Of a DNA stretch of 64,000 nucleotides, positions 52,684 through 61,200 are shown one piece after another. The notes below the pieces were generated by a model. That model was given only the letters and a program-made list of their open reading frames with translations. It was not told where the DNA came from and searched no databases. The stretch lies in the IMG/VR virus record IMGVR_UViG_3300014502_000005, positions 12,237-76,236 of that record; one strand, 5' to 3'. Both the position numbers and the translations under genes were made by a program. Source of the DNA: a virus. Every line of letters starts with the position of its first letter. The stretch's first letter is position 1.

Positions 52684-54105
52684 TTAGTTAAACTCACTAT
52701 TAGGTTCAATAAACGAATTCGGGTCATAGTATTTATCTGATTTGCTTAAATACTTGCTATCGTCTTTGTAATCATAAATTTTTGTAAGCGATTCGTTGTA
52801 TCCAAAATAAACAGAACCTGTTTTGCCTTCTTTGTTTTTAGCTATTATAAGTTCGCCACGGCCTTTTGTATTGACACCATTTTCGTCTTCTAAAATTCCG
52901 TACTGTTCTGGCCTATATAATAACAATACAATATCTGCATCACCTTCAATTTGTCCTGATTCTCTTAGGTCGCTCATCATTGGCCTTTTGTCACTCCTAG
53001 ACTCCACAGAACGATTAATTTGAGAAAGTATAATAACAGGAACGTCTAATTCCTTTGCCATATTTTTACACTCTCTGCTCATAGCGGCTACCTCTTGTTC
53101 TCGATTACTATTCTTAGTCATTCCCTCTCCTTTGGCCAATTGCAAATAGTCTATTAAAATCATTGAACATCGTCCTTTTTTCTTTAGTATCCTAGACTTG
53201 CTCTTTATATAACTAATAGATATAGTTGACTTGTCGTTTATTACTATATCATACTTAGACAATTCGTACCTAGCATTAGAAATCATTGTCCATTCATGAG
53301 GCTCCATATACCCCATTTTATAATTATCGTAACTTACCCCAGCCTCTCCGGCAAGAATCCTATCAGCGATTTTAAGTTTAGTAGTCTCTAATGAATATAA
53401 ATTGGGCACACCTCCATTCTTAGCACATTCTTTCATGATAGAAATCGCCATAGCTGTTTTGCCCATCGACGGCCTAGCGGCAAGTACTATAAGTTCTCCC
53501 CCCTGCCAACCTCCTGTATATTCATTTAATATAGTGAGAGGGGTTTTTATGCCAATAACTTGGCCTTTTTTTCTTAGAACTTCCCGTTCGGCAGCTTTAT
53601 CCTCTGCTTCCTTTAGTAGTTTTGCAAACGTATCATTATTACTAGTCTCACCTAATATTTTATTTATAGGTTCGTCTATAGAATTAATAGAAAAACTCAC
53701 TAAATCATCTATGTCAACAGAGTCATCGAAAGCTTTGTTCATTATTTCATGGCCAGCTTTTATTAATTCTCTTTGCAAGTACTTTTGTTTTATAACACAT
53801 GATAAAAAAAGAATATTATCACTTATCTGGCTTTTTGCTAATAATGAACCTACGTAATATCGGCCTCCTACATCTTCTAGTTCGTTGTTTTTATTTAATT
53901 GTTCACAAGTTGTTAATAAATCTACAGGGTTATTTTTTGAGTTTAAATCTAATATTGCTTTAAATATTTTTTGGGTACAATCTTTGTAAAAATATTCTGG
54001 CTTCAGATCTATAGCTTCGTCTAAAAGAGAAGAGTCATAGATTATGTCTCCCAATATAGACTCTTCTATTTCTATGCACGAAGGAGGAACTTTATTTAGA
54101 ATCAT
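52684..54105 (-). CDS. dnaB: replicative DNA helicase
   Basis: AARPSMGKT Walker A; IDYLQL, LSQINR, DLRESGQIE and IAKNK motifs. Confidence 0.95.
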   Translation of the reverse strand: MILNKVPPSCIEIEESILGDIIYDSSLLDEAIDLKPEYFYKDCTQKIFKAILDLNSKNNPVDLLTTCEQLNKNNELEDVGGRYYVGSLLAKSQISDNILFLSCVIKQKYLQRELIKAGHEIMNKAFDDSVDIDDLVSFSINSIDEPINKILGETSNNDTFAKLLKEAEDKAAEREVLRKKGQVIGIKTPLTILNEYTGGWQGGELIVLAARPSMGKTAMAISIMKECAKNGGVPNLYSLETTKLKIADRILAGEAGVSYDNYKMGYMEPHEWTMISNARYELSKYDIVINDKSTISISYIKSKSRILKKKGRCSMILIDYLQLAKGEGMTKNSNREQEVAAMSRECKNMAKELDVPVIILSQINRSVESRSDKRPMMSDLRESGQIEGDADIVLLLYRPEQYGILEDENGVNTKGRGELIIAKNKEGKTGSVYFGYNESLTKIYDYKDDSKYLSKSDKYYDPNSFIEPNSEFN

Positions 54106-54466
54106 AATTTAGTCTTGAGGTTAGTAGATTAGTGGCAATTTTTTTTTGAACAGGAATTTGTTGTCGTCCGTAATTATTATCTTGTCTTTCCCAGGTTCGT
54201 ACTGCCGCTTTCCAGTCTTTCATTTTATTTCTACCGATCATCCAATTTTTTGCTTGGTAAAAGTCAACCCATTTTTCAGGATCGACATTGTTCGCCCTTT
54301 CTTTACAATAAACTGTCACTTCATCTATAGTAGGAGTAATAAAAATAGTCCTTGCTTTATATATATTCGGTTCGGGGAAAACTATATCACAATTGCATTC
54401 TACAACCATGGGAGAGTGTATTTTTTTGCAAACTGGACATTGCCAACCTTGAGGAATTTTTTTCAT
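54092..54466 (-). CDS. putative replication initiator/replisome organiser
   Basis: PTIDEV..YC.ER...FY...W..G...MKDWKAAVRTWE; directly upstream of dnaB. Confidence 0.6.
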   Translation of the reverse strand: MKKIPQGWQCPVCKKIHSPMVVECNCDIVFPEPNIYKARTIFITPTIDEVTVYCKERANNVDPEKWVDFYQAKNWMIGRNKMKDWKAAVRTWERQDNNYGRQQIPVQKKIATNLLTSRLNYDSK

Positions 54467-54472
54467 AGTCTA

Positions 54473-55279
54473 TTATATTGGTAACTGTATTTTGGATAAT
54501 GCCATATTAGACACATGTGTATATATTTCAGTAGTCTTTGAACTACTATGCCCTAATATTTTTTGAATGTATCGAAGGTCAACACCCGATTCTAATAAAG
54601 CAGTTGCAGAACTATGTCTTAATAAATGAAAATGATATTCTTTCCCTAAATAATATTTAACTAACTTATTACAACTTTCAGATGAATATTTAATTTTAAA
54701 TTGCCCATTAAACAAATATTCTTTTGGCTTAAAGGCTCTATAATATTCCCTGAATAAATTTAAAATATTTTGTGAAAGTGGAACTATTCTATCCTTTCTT
54801 CCTTTAGCTTGTCTTATTGTGATTAACATTCGCTTTGAGTCAATATCAATAATTTTAAGATTAATCACTTCACTAACACGTAATCCAACTGAATATGCAA
54901 GAGATAGTATTGATTTGTGTTTTAGATTTTGAATTTTGCATATCTTAGACAATAAAAATTCTTTTTCAATAACTTGTGGCAGATGTTTTTCTTTTCTTGG
55001 TCGCTCAAATGAAACTTTATCGTATTTTTTATTTAAAGTTTTTTCATATAAAAATTTGATTGCATTAATAATTTGATTTTGTTGGCTTATGGAAGAAAAG
55101 TTATAATTATTCAAATAAGATTTAAAATCATTTGCTATTAAATGTTGTGGATATTTATTAATATTAATTAAAAACTTTTTTATATAATGAATATAAATTT
55201 CAATTGTTCTTTCGGAATAATTGAAATATTTAAGCTTTTGAATGCAAATCTTTAAAATTTCATCATGCTTAGTTTTCAT
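54473..55279 (-). CDS. tyrosine recombinase (integron-integrase-like)
   Basis: NYSERTIEIY SAM-like N-domain; GLRVSE, KGRKDR, HLLRHS, LGHSS and TTEIYTHV give a full R-K-H-R-H-Y set. Confidence 0.9.
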   Translation of the reverse strand: MKTKHDEILKICIQKLKYFNYSERTIEIYIHYIKKFLININKYPQHLIANDFKSYLNNYNFSSISQQNQIINAIKFLYEKTLNKKYDKVSFERPRKEKHLPQVIEKEFLLSKICKIQNLKHKSILSLAYSVGLRVSEVINLKIIDIDSKRMLITIRQAKGRKDRIVPLSQNILNLFREYYRAFKPKEYLFNGQFKIKYSSESCNKLVKYYLGKEYHFHLLRHSSATALLESGVDLRYIQKILGHSSSKTTEIYTHVSNMALSKIQLPI

Positions 55280-55281
55280 AA

Positions 55282-55325
55282 TTAAATAATTATGTGTCAA
55301 ATTTTATATATAATAGTTATAGGCA
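55282..55325 (+). other. attI-like site C (adjacent to integrase)
   Basis: ATTTTATATATAATAG|TTATAGGCA about 37 nt upstream of the integrase ATG, in the intI/attI arrangement. Confidence 0.8.
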
Positions 55326-55328
55326 ATG

Positions 55329-55565
55329 CTAAGAACCGCCTTCGAGTTTATTTATCCTCGCTTCAAGCGCTTGTATGGTTTGCCATAAATTATGAATTTC
55401 TTCTTCATTTGATGGTCGTTGCTGTTCATGCAATTGTCTTTCTAAATCGTTTATTTTCTTTTGATTAAAACGATTGTCAATTTCATTACATTGCGACATT
55501 TCAGCATTTATCGCATCGTTTAAGTTCGGATAATAAGTTCCGTATAAATCATATCCACCTGCCAT
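55329..55565 (-). CDS. hypothetical coiled-coil protein, cassette C1
   Basis: fills the cassette. Confidence 0.6.
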   Translation of the reverse strand: MAGGYDLYGTYYPNLNDAINAEMSQCNEIDNRFNQKKINDLERQLHEQQRPSNEEEIHNLWQTIQALEARINKLEGGS

Positions 55566-55587
55566 AATTTATTGATTTAAAAAGCAC

Positions 55588-55723
55588 TGCCTATAACAAT
55601 ATGTATAGTTAATGGCGGGTGCTGTGGTTAATATTAAGTTTCTACTTTTCATTTACTTTTGTGCGTTTTGATAGGTTCGTGGTATTCAATCCGCCACTAA
55701 CCATACATTTAACGTTATGCGTA
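55588..55723 (+). repeat. attC-like hairpin C1
   Basis: AAC..ATGTATAGTTAATGGCGG...CCGCCACTAACCATACAT..GTT. Confidence 0.8.
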
Positions 55724-55724
55724 A

Positions 55725-55940
55725 TTAAACGCACGTTCCATTTTTGCAGTCTTTATAAGTTGCAAATTTTCTCGCTTTAGTTTCCTCAATTGATTCTAAT
55801 TTTACCGTAAACCCTTCGTTTGTGAGTTCAGTAAATTCTTTTTCGGTTTGCTTACCAATATAATCAATGTGAGAAGCTAATATAAATCCTTTGCATTTTT
55901 CGCAAATAGCTACTTTTGAAACTTTGCCTTCTGTTCTCAT
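55725..55940 (-). CDS. hypothetical protein, cassette C2
   Basis: CxxC motif. Confidence 0.6.
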   Translation of the reverse strand: MRTEGKVSKVAICEKCKGFILASHIDYIGKQTEKEFTELTNEGFTVKLESIEETKARKFATYKDCKNGTCV

Positions 55941-56167
55941 TTGTCGTTATCTCCTTTAATTAATTCTAATTGTCCTACGTAAATATCGCCACAATCAGTT
56001 TTAAAGTCTATTTTATGTTTTTTCAAAATAGTTCTAATACTAAATGGGCATAAGCATTCGTCTGGTTCTTTTACTTTTTTAGAAACATCAAAACCAAAAT
56101 GTTCTTTAAATTGCCTTGGGGTTGTTATTTCTTTTTCACCTCTATTTATTACTACAATTTTACACAT
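55937..56167 (-). CDS. hypothetical protein, cassette C2 (two-gene cassette)
   Basis: ATGA overlap with its partner gene. Confidence 0.6.
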   Translation of the reverse strand: MCKIVVINRGEKEITTPRQFKEHFGFDVSKKVKEPDECLCPFSIRTILKKHKIDFKTDCGDIYVGQLELIKGDNDK

Positions 56168-56191
56168 ATTATTGAGTATTAATAATTAACA

Positions 56192-56288
56192 TACGCATAA
56201 CACCGTATATAAAACATGGCTTGACAGGTTCGTGCTTACTTGAAACTGTGAAACAAAGCCACGTTTCATATACGAACCGTTATAGCCA
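56192..56288 (+). repeat. attC-like hairpin C2
   Basis: near-identical to B2 except in an 8-nt loop stretch and the outer core extensions. Confidence 0.85.
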
Positions 56289-56501
56289 ATTTAAGGAATG
56301 AGCCTTTCTATCAGCATTTTTTTGATTAATTGACCATAAGCTATTTTCACCGTAAAAGAATTTCTTCAATCCTTTTGCTCTATTAAATTCGTCTTCGTCT
56401 CTTACTTTAATTTCAGGTTCTGGCAAATCCATTATGTTTATCATTGGTGTTGCCATCGCCGCAAGTGCAGTTAACATGGCTAATTTTCTCATTTTTGACA
56501 T
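56280..56501 (-). CDS. hypothetical protein, cassette C3
   Basis: stop codon in core GTTA. Confidence 0.6.
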   Translation of the reverse strand: MSKMRKLAMLTALAAMATPMINIMDLPEPEIKVRDEDEFNRAKGLKKFFYGENSLWSINQKNADRKAHSLNWL

Positions 56502-56531
56502 ATATTTTAATTTAAGTTGTTAATAATAAAC

Positions 56532-56667
56532 TGGCTATAACAAGCGGTTTACGCAACCACCGTTTTATCTGTAATTTTAAAGTTTTCAGCATTTTATTAA
56601 GTTTTTAACGTGTGATAAATTCGTTATTATAATCGGTGGCTTCGCAAACCGCCGACCGTTAGTTTAT
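56532..56667 (+). repeat. attC-like hairpin C3
   Basis: AAC-AA-GCGGTTTACGCAACCACCG...CGGTGGCTTCGCAAACCGC-CGACC-GTT. Confidence 0.8.
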
Positions 56668-56982
56668 TCTTTTCCTTATCTCTTTAATTTCAATATCAGG
56701 ATATAATTTAAATACTTCTTTTTTTACATGCGTAATCTCAATGCCATTATTAAAAATAAGCCCATAATCATGAACAATCTTTCTTACTTCGAATAAACTG
56801 TTAACTGGCCTTTCAATCATATTGAAATATTGAACCCTGGTTTTGATTCCTATTTTTTCGCAAAGATCAAGAAGGGTAAAATACGAATCGTAGCTAATTG
56901 CAGGTACTTTAGTCCGGACCATTTCTTGTTTTAATAACTCCTGTTTTTCTTCTTTAGTTAGCTTGGAAAATGATGTTCTCAT
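56659..56982 (-). CDS. hypothetical protein
   Basis: last gene of the recombination operon; stop codon in core GTTA. Confidence 0.6.
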   Translation of the reverse strand: MRTSFSKLTKEEKQELLKQEMVRTKVPAISYDSYFTLLDLCEKIGIKTRVQYFNMIERPVNSLFEVRKIVHDYGLIFNNGIEITHVKKEVFKLYPDIEIKEIRKRIN

Positions 56983-57407
56983 GGTTGTTTATTTTGCATT
57001 GATGAGTAATTTGCATTTCTATTCATCTCTTTAGCTTGAGATATAAAAGTCCTCATTAATTCCATTTGATACTTACACTCTTTGTCTATCTCTGTAATCC
57101 AATTGACTAAGTAATTGTAATCCTTGCAGGCCGAATCAACAAGCTTATTTATAGTAGCCGGGGTTAAATGTTCTTGCAATTGTTTTTTTAGCAAATCCAT
57201 AATTTCGCTTTTAAGCAATTCGTCTTTATGATATTTACTATCCGCAAGCATTTTCCCAGTCCTAGCCATGAGACCGCCAAGCTCAGCAGCCCTATCGGAA
57301 CATTCTTTGCCTGAATCTACGTTATATCCTATTTTAAGATATTCGTGTACTTCTTTAGCTTCTTCAAAGAGTTCTTCGGGCAAAGTTATATTGTCGGGTT
57401 TAAACAT
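56979..57407 (-). CDS. hypothetical helical protein of the recombination module
   Basis: coiled-coil-like; operon context. Confidence 0.55.
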   Translation of the reverse strand: MFKPDNITLPEELFEEAKEVHEYLKIGYNVDSGKECSDRAAELGGLMARTGKMLADSKYHKDELLKSEIMDLLKKQLQEHLTPATINKLVDSACKDYNYLVNWITEIDKECKYQMELMRTFISQAKEMNRNANYSSMQNKQP

Positions 57408-57409
57408 AA

Positions 57410-57631
57410 TTATAAGCTATTTATTAGTTCTTCTTTACTATGGAAGCAATGTCTTTCTTCGACAATTTTACAGTCGTAGCCGCCATTTATATTTACATTT
57501 AAATATAGGTCTGTGCCAGTTAACCCCTTTCTAAATGTTACTTTAATAGAATCAATAGGAAATTCAGAAGCCTTGCCATCTAAAATAGTCCAAACTTTAT
57601 CAGACACGTTAAATTTAGTTTCTGTTTTCAT
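57410..57631 (-). CDS. hypothetical protein
   Basis: ETKFNVSDKVW...F.SKEELINSL motif recalled from Bacteroidota phages. Confidence 0.65.
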   Translation of the reverse strand: MKTETKFNVSDKVWTILDGKASEFPIDSIKVTFRKGLTGTDLYLNVNINGGYDCKIVEERHCFHSKEELINSL

Positions 57632-58614
57632 TGGTTCGATATTAGTTTATTAAATTCGATTAAGTCATTTAATTCTTTTGACGTTTCAGTCCACTCTTCT
57701 TCCAAAGTCTTACTAATTATTTCCGGTTTTTCGCCAGCTTTAGTAGTTCCTTGAAACGATTTACTAATAGGCGAGGGAAAGTACGACGCAGATGAGTTTA
57801 AGCAAATACCAAGCCTCTTTGCGGCTTCTAATGCTATTTTATCAGAATCCTCTTTATTCAAATACTTAAATTCAAATGTTGGGGACTTTGATTCATTCCA
57901 GTCTTTTGTCCTTACGATAGCTGTATTATCTGCTTGAAAATCATAGGTGGCATTCCACATGAAATTCTCACATGCAATTTGTTCTAATTGATGTCCTGAA
58001 ATTTGTGAAGAAGTTTTGATATTGATAGTCGTATTTACAAAAGCTCCTTTTTCGGTAGGACGGCACGAACATACAAGGTCTATTGGGGTAGCTATTTTCA
58101 TAGTTTCCCAAATGCACGGAGTTTCAATAGCATATATTTCATGAACACGTTCGTGAATAAACTGAAGCAAAGAAGCTACATGTTTACAATAATCGTATGA
58201 CATGTTCTTAATAGTTTTCATGTCAGGTTCTATGTTTTTAGCCTTATAGGCATTTATAAAATATTCATACGACCTATCCTTTTCTTCGCCCCAATCTATA
58301 CAGCCTTTTTCTTTAATTGTAACTAATGACATATGCAATAATGACCCAAAATCAGCTGTCATGTCAACGAAATCTTTAGTGTTCTTTTCTCCAAAACTAT
58401 CTATCATCGAATTTCTCCAGCCAGTTAAACGCTTAGCATCAGGATCGCCTTTAAAAGTGGCTGCGGACAATGCCCCGGTCAATCCTGAGTAATACTGAAA
58501 CGGCTGTTCTTGAATGTAAATCCTAAGCCCGTTAAAATTGACACGGAACATTTTAAGGAACGTGCCAATTTTTAACAAGTTTTCAACTTTCTCGATATTG
58601 GTTATTGATCCCAT
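57628..58614 (-). CDS. putative PD-(D/E)XK exonuclease-like protein
   Basis: GSLLH, AIE, PIDLV, INIKTS and QLEQ resemble a Cas4/lambda-exonuclease-like motif set. Confidence 0.5.
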   Translation of the reverse strand: MGSITNIEKVENLLKIGTFLKMFRVNFNGLRIYIQEQPFQYYSGLTGALSAATFKGDPDAKRLTGWRNSMIDSFGEKNTKDFVDMTADFGSLLHMSLVTIKEKGCIDWGEEKDRSYEYFINAYKAKNIEPDMKTIKNMSYDYCKHVASLLQFIHERVHEIYAIETPCIWETMKIATPIDLVCSCRPTEKGAFVNTTINIKTSSQISGHQLEQIACENFMWNATYDFQADNTAIVRTKDWNESKSPTFEFKYLNKEDSDKIALEAAKRLGICLNSSASYFPSPISKSFQGTTKAGEKPEIISKTLEEEWTETSKELNDLIEFNKLISNQ

Positions 58615-58642
58615 TATAATTTATTGATTTATAGGTGTTTGC

Positions 58643-59320
58643 TCAAAAAGGTAAATCGTCTGGCTCATTACTAATGTCAGGGGCGGCGTCTTCTATGTGA
58701 GACATATTTGGCTCCGCATTTTTACTGTTAAAGTGATTAGCAAAAAATTCATCAAATTGCGCTTTTAAAAACTTCTTAACTTTAATAAAGTATATCTTAG
58801 CGTCATCATCATCCTTAAAGTTAACGCCTTCTCCTGAAGGGAATTTATGCAATAGTTTCCAGGTTCCATCGGCTTGTTTTTGTTCATAATAAGAGCTTAT
58901 TTTTTGACCATCTTGCTCTATCGATAGTCCGGCCCTCCTTTTGCCTAATTTGTCCACGAAGTCATAGGCCGTTAGCTTTACTTTATTTGTCATATCTAAG
59001 TTTGGCAACTTCTTTAGGAAGTCGATGCAATTGCGATTAGTTTCCGATAAAGATAACTGATAAGTATCAGCAACGTCATTTAATGTTATTTCAAAAGAAT
59101 TGCCATACTGCTTATCCTCTTTATAAAAAATATTTTCAATAGTCCCACTTACAAAGTCGTGCTCTATCGCCCATGAGTCGGCTCCAGCTTGGGTTTGTCT
59201 TTTTACTGCGCCAGGCGTGTCTTTTTCCACCTTTTGCCTGTTTTCCAACGACTTCTGCCTTATCTTACCAAATCCAACTGTTAAATAAATCTTTGATGTT
59301 CCATTGTGTGATCCTAGCAT
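58643..59320 (-). CDS. putative single-stranded DNA-binding protein
   Basis: acidic C-terminal tail ending PDDLPF; next to the exonuclease. Confidence 0.55.
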   Translation of the reverse strand: MLGSHNGTSKIYLTVGFGKIRQKSLENRQKVEKDTPGAVKRQTQAGADSWAIEHDFVSGTIENIFYKEDKQYGNSFEITLNDVADTYQLSLSETNRNCIDFLKKLPNLDMTNKVKLTAYDFVDKLGKRRAGLSIEQDGQKISSYYEQKQADGTWKLLHKFPSGEGVNFKDDDDAKIYFIKVKKFLKAQFDEFFANHFNSKNAEPNMSHIEDAAPDISNEPDDLPF

Positions 59321-59358
59321 AATATTAAGTATTAAATTATTAATTATAATAAATTCTC

Positions 59359-59463
59359 TTACTCACCATCGGGGTCATATTCTTTTTCTTCCTCCTCGAC
59401 TTCATCTTTATCCCACCAAGGAGCATCTAAGTCGTAAAAAGAACCGATAGGATAGCTGTCCAT
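59359..59463 (-). CDS. 34-aa acidic peptide (absent from the ORF track)
   Basis: MDSYPIGSFYDLDAPWWDKDEVEEEEKEYDPDGE; TAATTTTG motif at 59485-59492 upstream. Confidence 0.5.
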   Translation of the reverse strand: MDSYPIGSFYDLDAPWWDKDEVEEEEKEYDPDGE

Positions 59464-59489
59464 AAATAGCAATTTTTAACAATTCAAAA

Positions 59490-59996
59490 TTACCTAATTT
59501 TACCCAACTTTTTCATTTTACGTATATGTTGTGTAACATCTTTCTTCGCCATATTTAATAATTTTTTATTAGTTATGGCACGGTCTTTAAATTGCTTAAA
59601 ATCTTTAGTTTTTCTTTTTATCAAAGATTGGAATACGCAAATGAAATAATCGAATTTTTCTTTATTTAAAGAGTAGCGGGCCATAAAGCTGTTATTGTGG
59701 GACTCAAACTTTATGTTGCTGGTATTGCTCACAAAAACAAAAAAGCCTTTTTCTGCCAATGATTTCATTGTATTATTTGCAGTGGTTTTATAAGCCATTT
59801 TATTTAAATGCTTATAAGAGATAGCCGCCAAATCCTTTTTAGTAAAAATATTATTAAAATTTTTATCGTTTTGCAAGCAAACAACGGCTAGTAAGTAGTT
59901 TAATTCTACATTACTTATTTTAAAAAAGAAATGTAAATCTGACAGTACAGATTCTGATATAAGATAATTTTCTGTGAAATTAAGTGGTGTTTTCAT
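59490..59996 (-). CDS. hypothetical basic protein, possibly winged-helix
   Basis: MKSLAEKGFF segment; Lys-rich. Confidence 0.45.
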   Translation of the reverse strand: MKTPLNFTENYLISESVLSDLHFFFKISNVELNYLLAVVCLQNDKNFNNIFTKKDLAAISYKHLNKMAYKTTANNTMKSLAEKGFFVFVSNTSNIKFESHNNSFMARYSLNKEKFDYFICVFQSLIKRKTKDFKQFKDRAITNKKLLNMAKKDVTQHIRKMKKLGKIR

Positions 59997-59999
59997 AGT

Positions 60000-60230
60000 T
60001 TATTCATTATCAATTATAAATTCAACTTTATCTATTTTTAACCGTTCTGTTTTTCTTTTTGCAGCTGCCGGATAAGATATTTTTTCACTTATCGAATAAT
60101 TGGTTAAAGTTTTTAACCCTAAAATAATAGAAATATCTTGAACAATTTTAATAAGTTATATATTTTCAACCTCACAATTATGTACACAAAACATTAATCT
60201 GTCGTATATTAATTCGCTTCTTGTCATCAT
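60000..60230 (-). pseudogene. small gene interrupted by an in-frame TAA
   Basis: MMTRSELIYDRLMFCVHNCEVENI*LIKIVQD...VEFIIDNE; internal stop at 60156-60158. Confidence 0.5.
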
Positions 60231-60250
60231 GGTTTAAAATTTTAAACTGT

Positions 60251-60272
60251 TGTAATAAGATAGTTAGCACCT
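60251..60272 (+). other. attI-like site D (diverged)
   Basis: TAATAAGATAG|TTAGCACCT; complementary to AGGTGCTAAC at 60488. Confidence 0.5.
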
Positions 60273-60274
60273 AT

Positions 60275-60556
60275 TTAATGAATCCAGCTCGTTAAATCGT
60301 GCCTAACCGATTGAAATGCTTTTACCATTCCATATTCTTTTGTGCATTTTTTACACCGATAATTAATTTCCTCTGTTGAAACTTCGCTATCTGGTACAAA
60401 GCATTCACTTGCTCCGCCTTTTTTCTTAAACTCTTGGCTATTTATATATCTCCCACATTTGTCGCACCGAATATCATAATAAAGAACAGGTGCTAACACA
60501 CGGTCATCAGCAATATCTGCCTTGCCTTGTGGATTGTTTTCTGCTAATTCTGTCAT
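60275..60556 (-). CDS. putative Zn-finger protein, cassette D1; starts inside the hairpin loop
   Basis: two CxxC motifs; the N-terminal ~23 codons are encoded by the att site. Confidence 0.65.
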   Translation of the reverse strand: MTELAENNPQGKADIADDRVLAPVLYYDIRCDKCGRYINSQEFKKKGGASECFVPDSEVSTEEINYRCKKCTKEYGMVKAFQSVRHDLTSWIH

Positions 60557-60615
60557 TTGTTTTTCAATTTAAATTTGTGAAGCAAATACTGCTGATACCG
60601 TCATCGTTAGCGTTC
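60488..60615 (+). repeat. attC-like hairpin D1
   Basis: AAC-AC-ACGGT(C)ATCAGCAATATCTGC...GCAAATACTGCTGATACCGT-CATC-GTT. Confidence 0.8.
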
Positions 60616-60618
60616 ATA

Positions 60619-61158
60619 CTAAGACCGTGCGTAACTTGCAAATTCCGAACCTCTATCACAAAATGATTTTACCATTGAGCAAACTAAGCCAAATGACATT
60701 CCAGAGTGTCCTTGTCCTTCAATAATTCCTTTTGCAACTTCCAATTCACAACCAGCATTCAATTCTTTTACTATGTCCAGTGTTGCTTTTAATTCCATAC
60801 CTCTGTATAAATCTCCCAATCTTATGGGAACGCATTCTCCCCAAGTTTCGTGGTATTTTTCGGCAAGTATATCTTTCCCTTTTTCAATCCATTCTTTTGT
60901 TAATTCTGGAATGGCTTCTTTGTGTTTTCTTTCTTCATCTTTGTATCGGTCATTGTCCGCTTTCATTTCAGCATCAAATTCCGCTTTAGTTTTCCCTGTA
61001 ATTTTTTTAAAAGCAAAATCCATATCATCAACATCGGAGTATAGTATTTGCCCGTTAAATGTGCCACAAACTAAATCTTTGTGTCTTTTAAGTTCTTTTA
61101 CTGCTTCTTCAATGGTTTCGCCAGCACTAAATTCAATTTCTCTGTAATTTGTTTTCAT
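60619..61158 (-). CDS. hypothetical phage protein, cassette D2
   Basis: RLGDLYRGMEL...QGHSGMSF motif. Confidence 0.7.
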   Translation of the reverse strand: MKTNYREIEFSAGETIEEAVKELKRHKDLVCGTFNGQILYSDVDDMDFAFKKITGKTKAEFDAEMKADNDRYKDEERKHKEAIPELTKEWIEKGKDILAEKYHETWGECVPIRLGDLYRGMELKATLDIVKELNAGCELEVAKGIIEGQGHSGMSFGLVCSMVKSFCDRGSEFASYARS

Positions 61159-61200
61159 ATTTTGATATTTAAAAGTTTAAAATTCGATTAATAAAAAGGC

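Larger units (their letters stand above)
55317..56658 (+). mobile_element. cassette array C (3 cassettes)
   Basis: ends GTTATAGGCA/TGCCTATAAC, GTTATGCGTA/TACGCATAAC, GTTATAGCCA/TGGCTATAAC. Confidence 0.85.

Noticed and set aside
54473-55279. Prophage integrase for lysogeny
   Set aside because: No repressor module or host junction is visible, and its position against the repeated attI-like motif favours a cassette role; not formally excluded.
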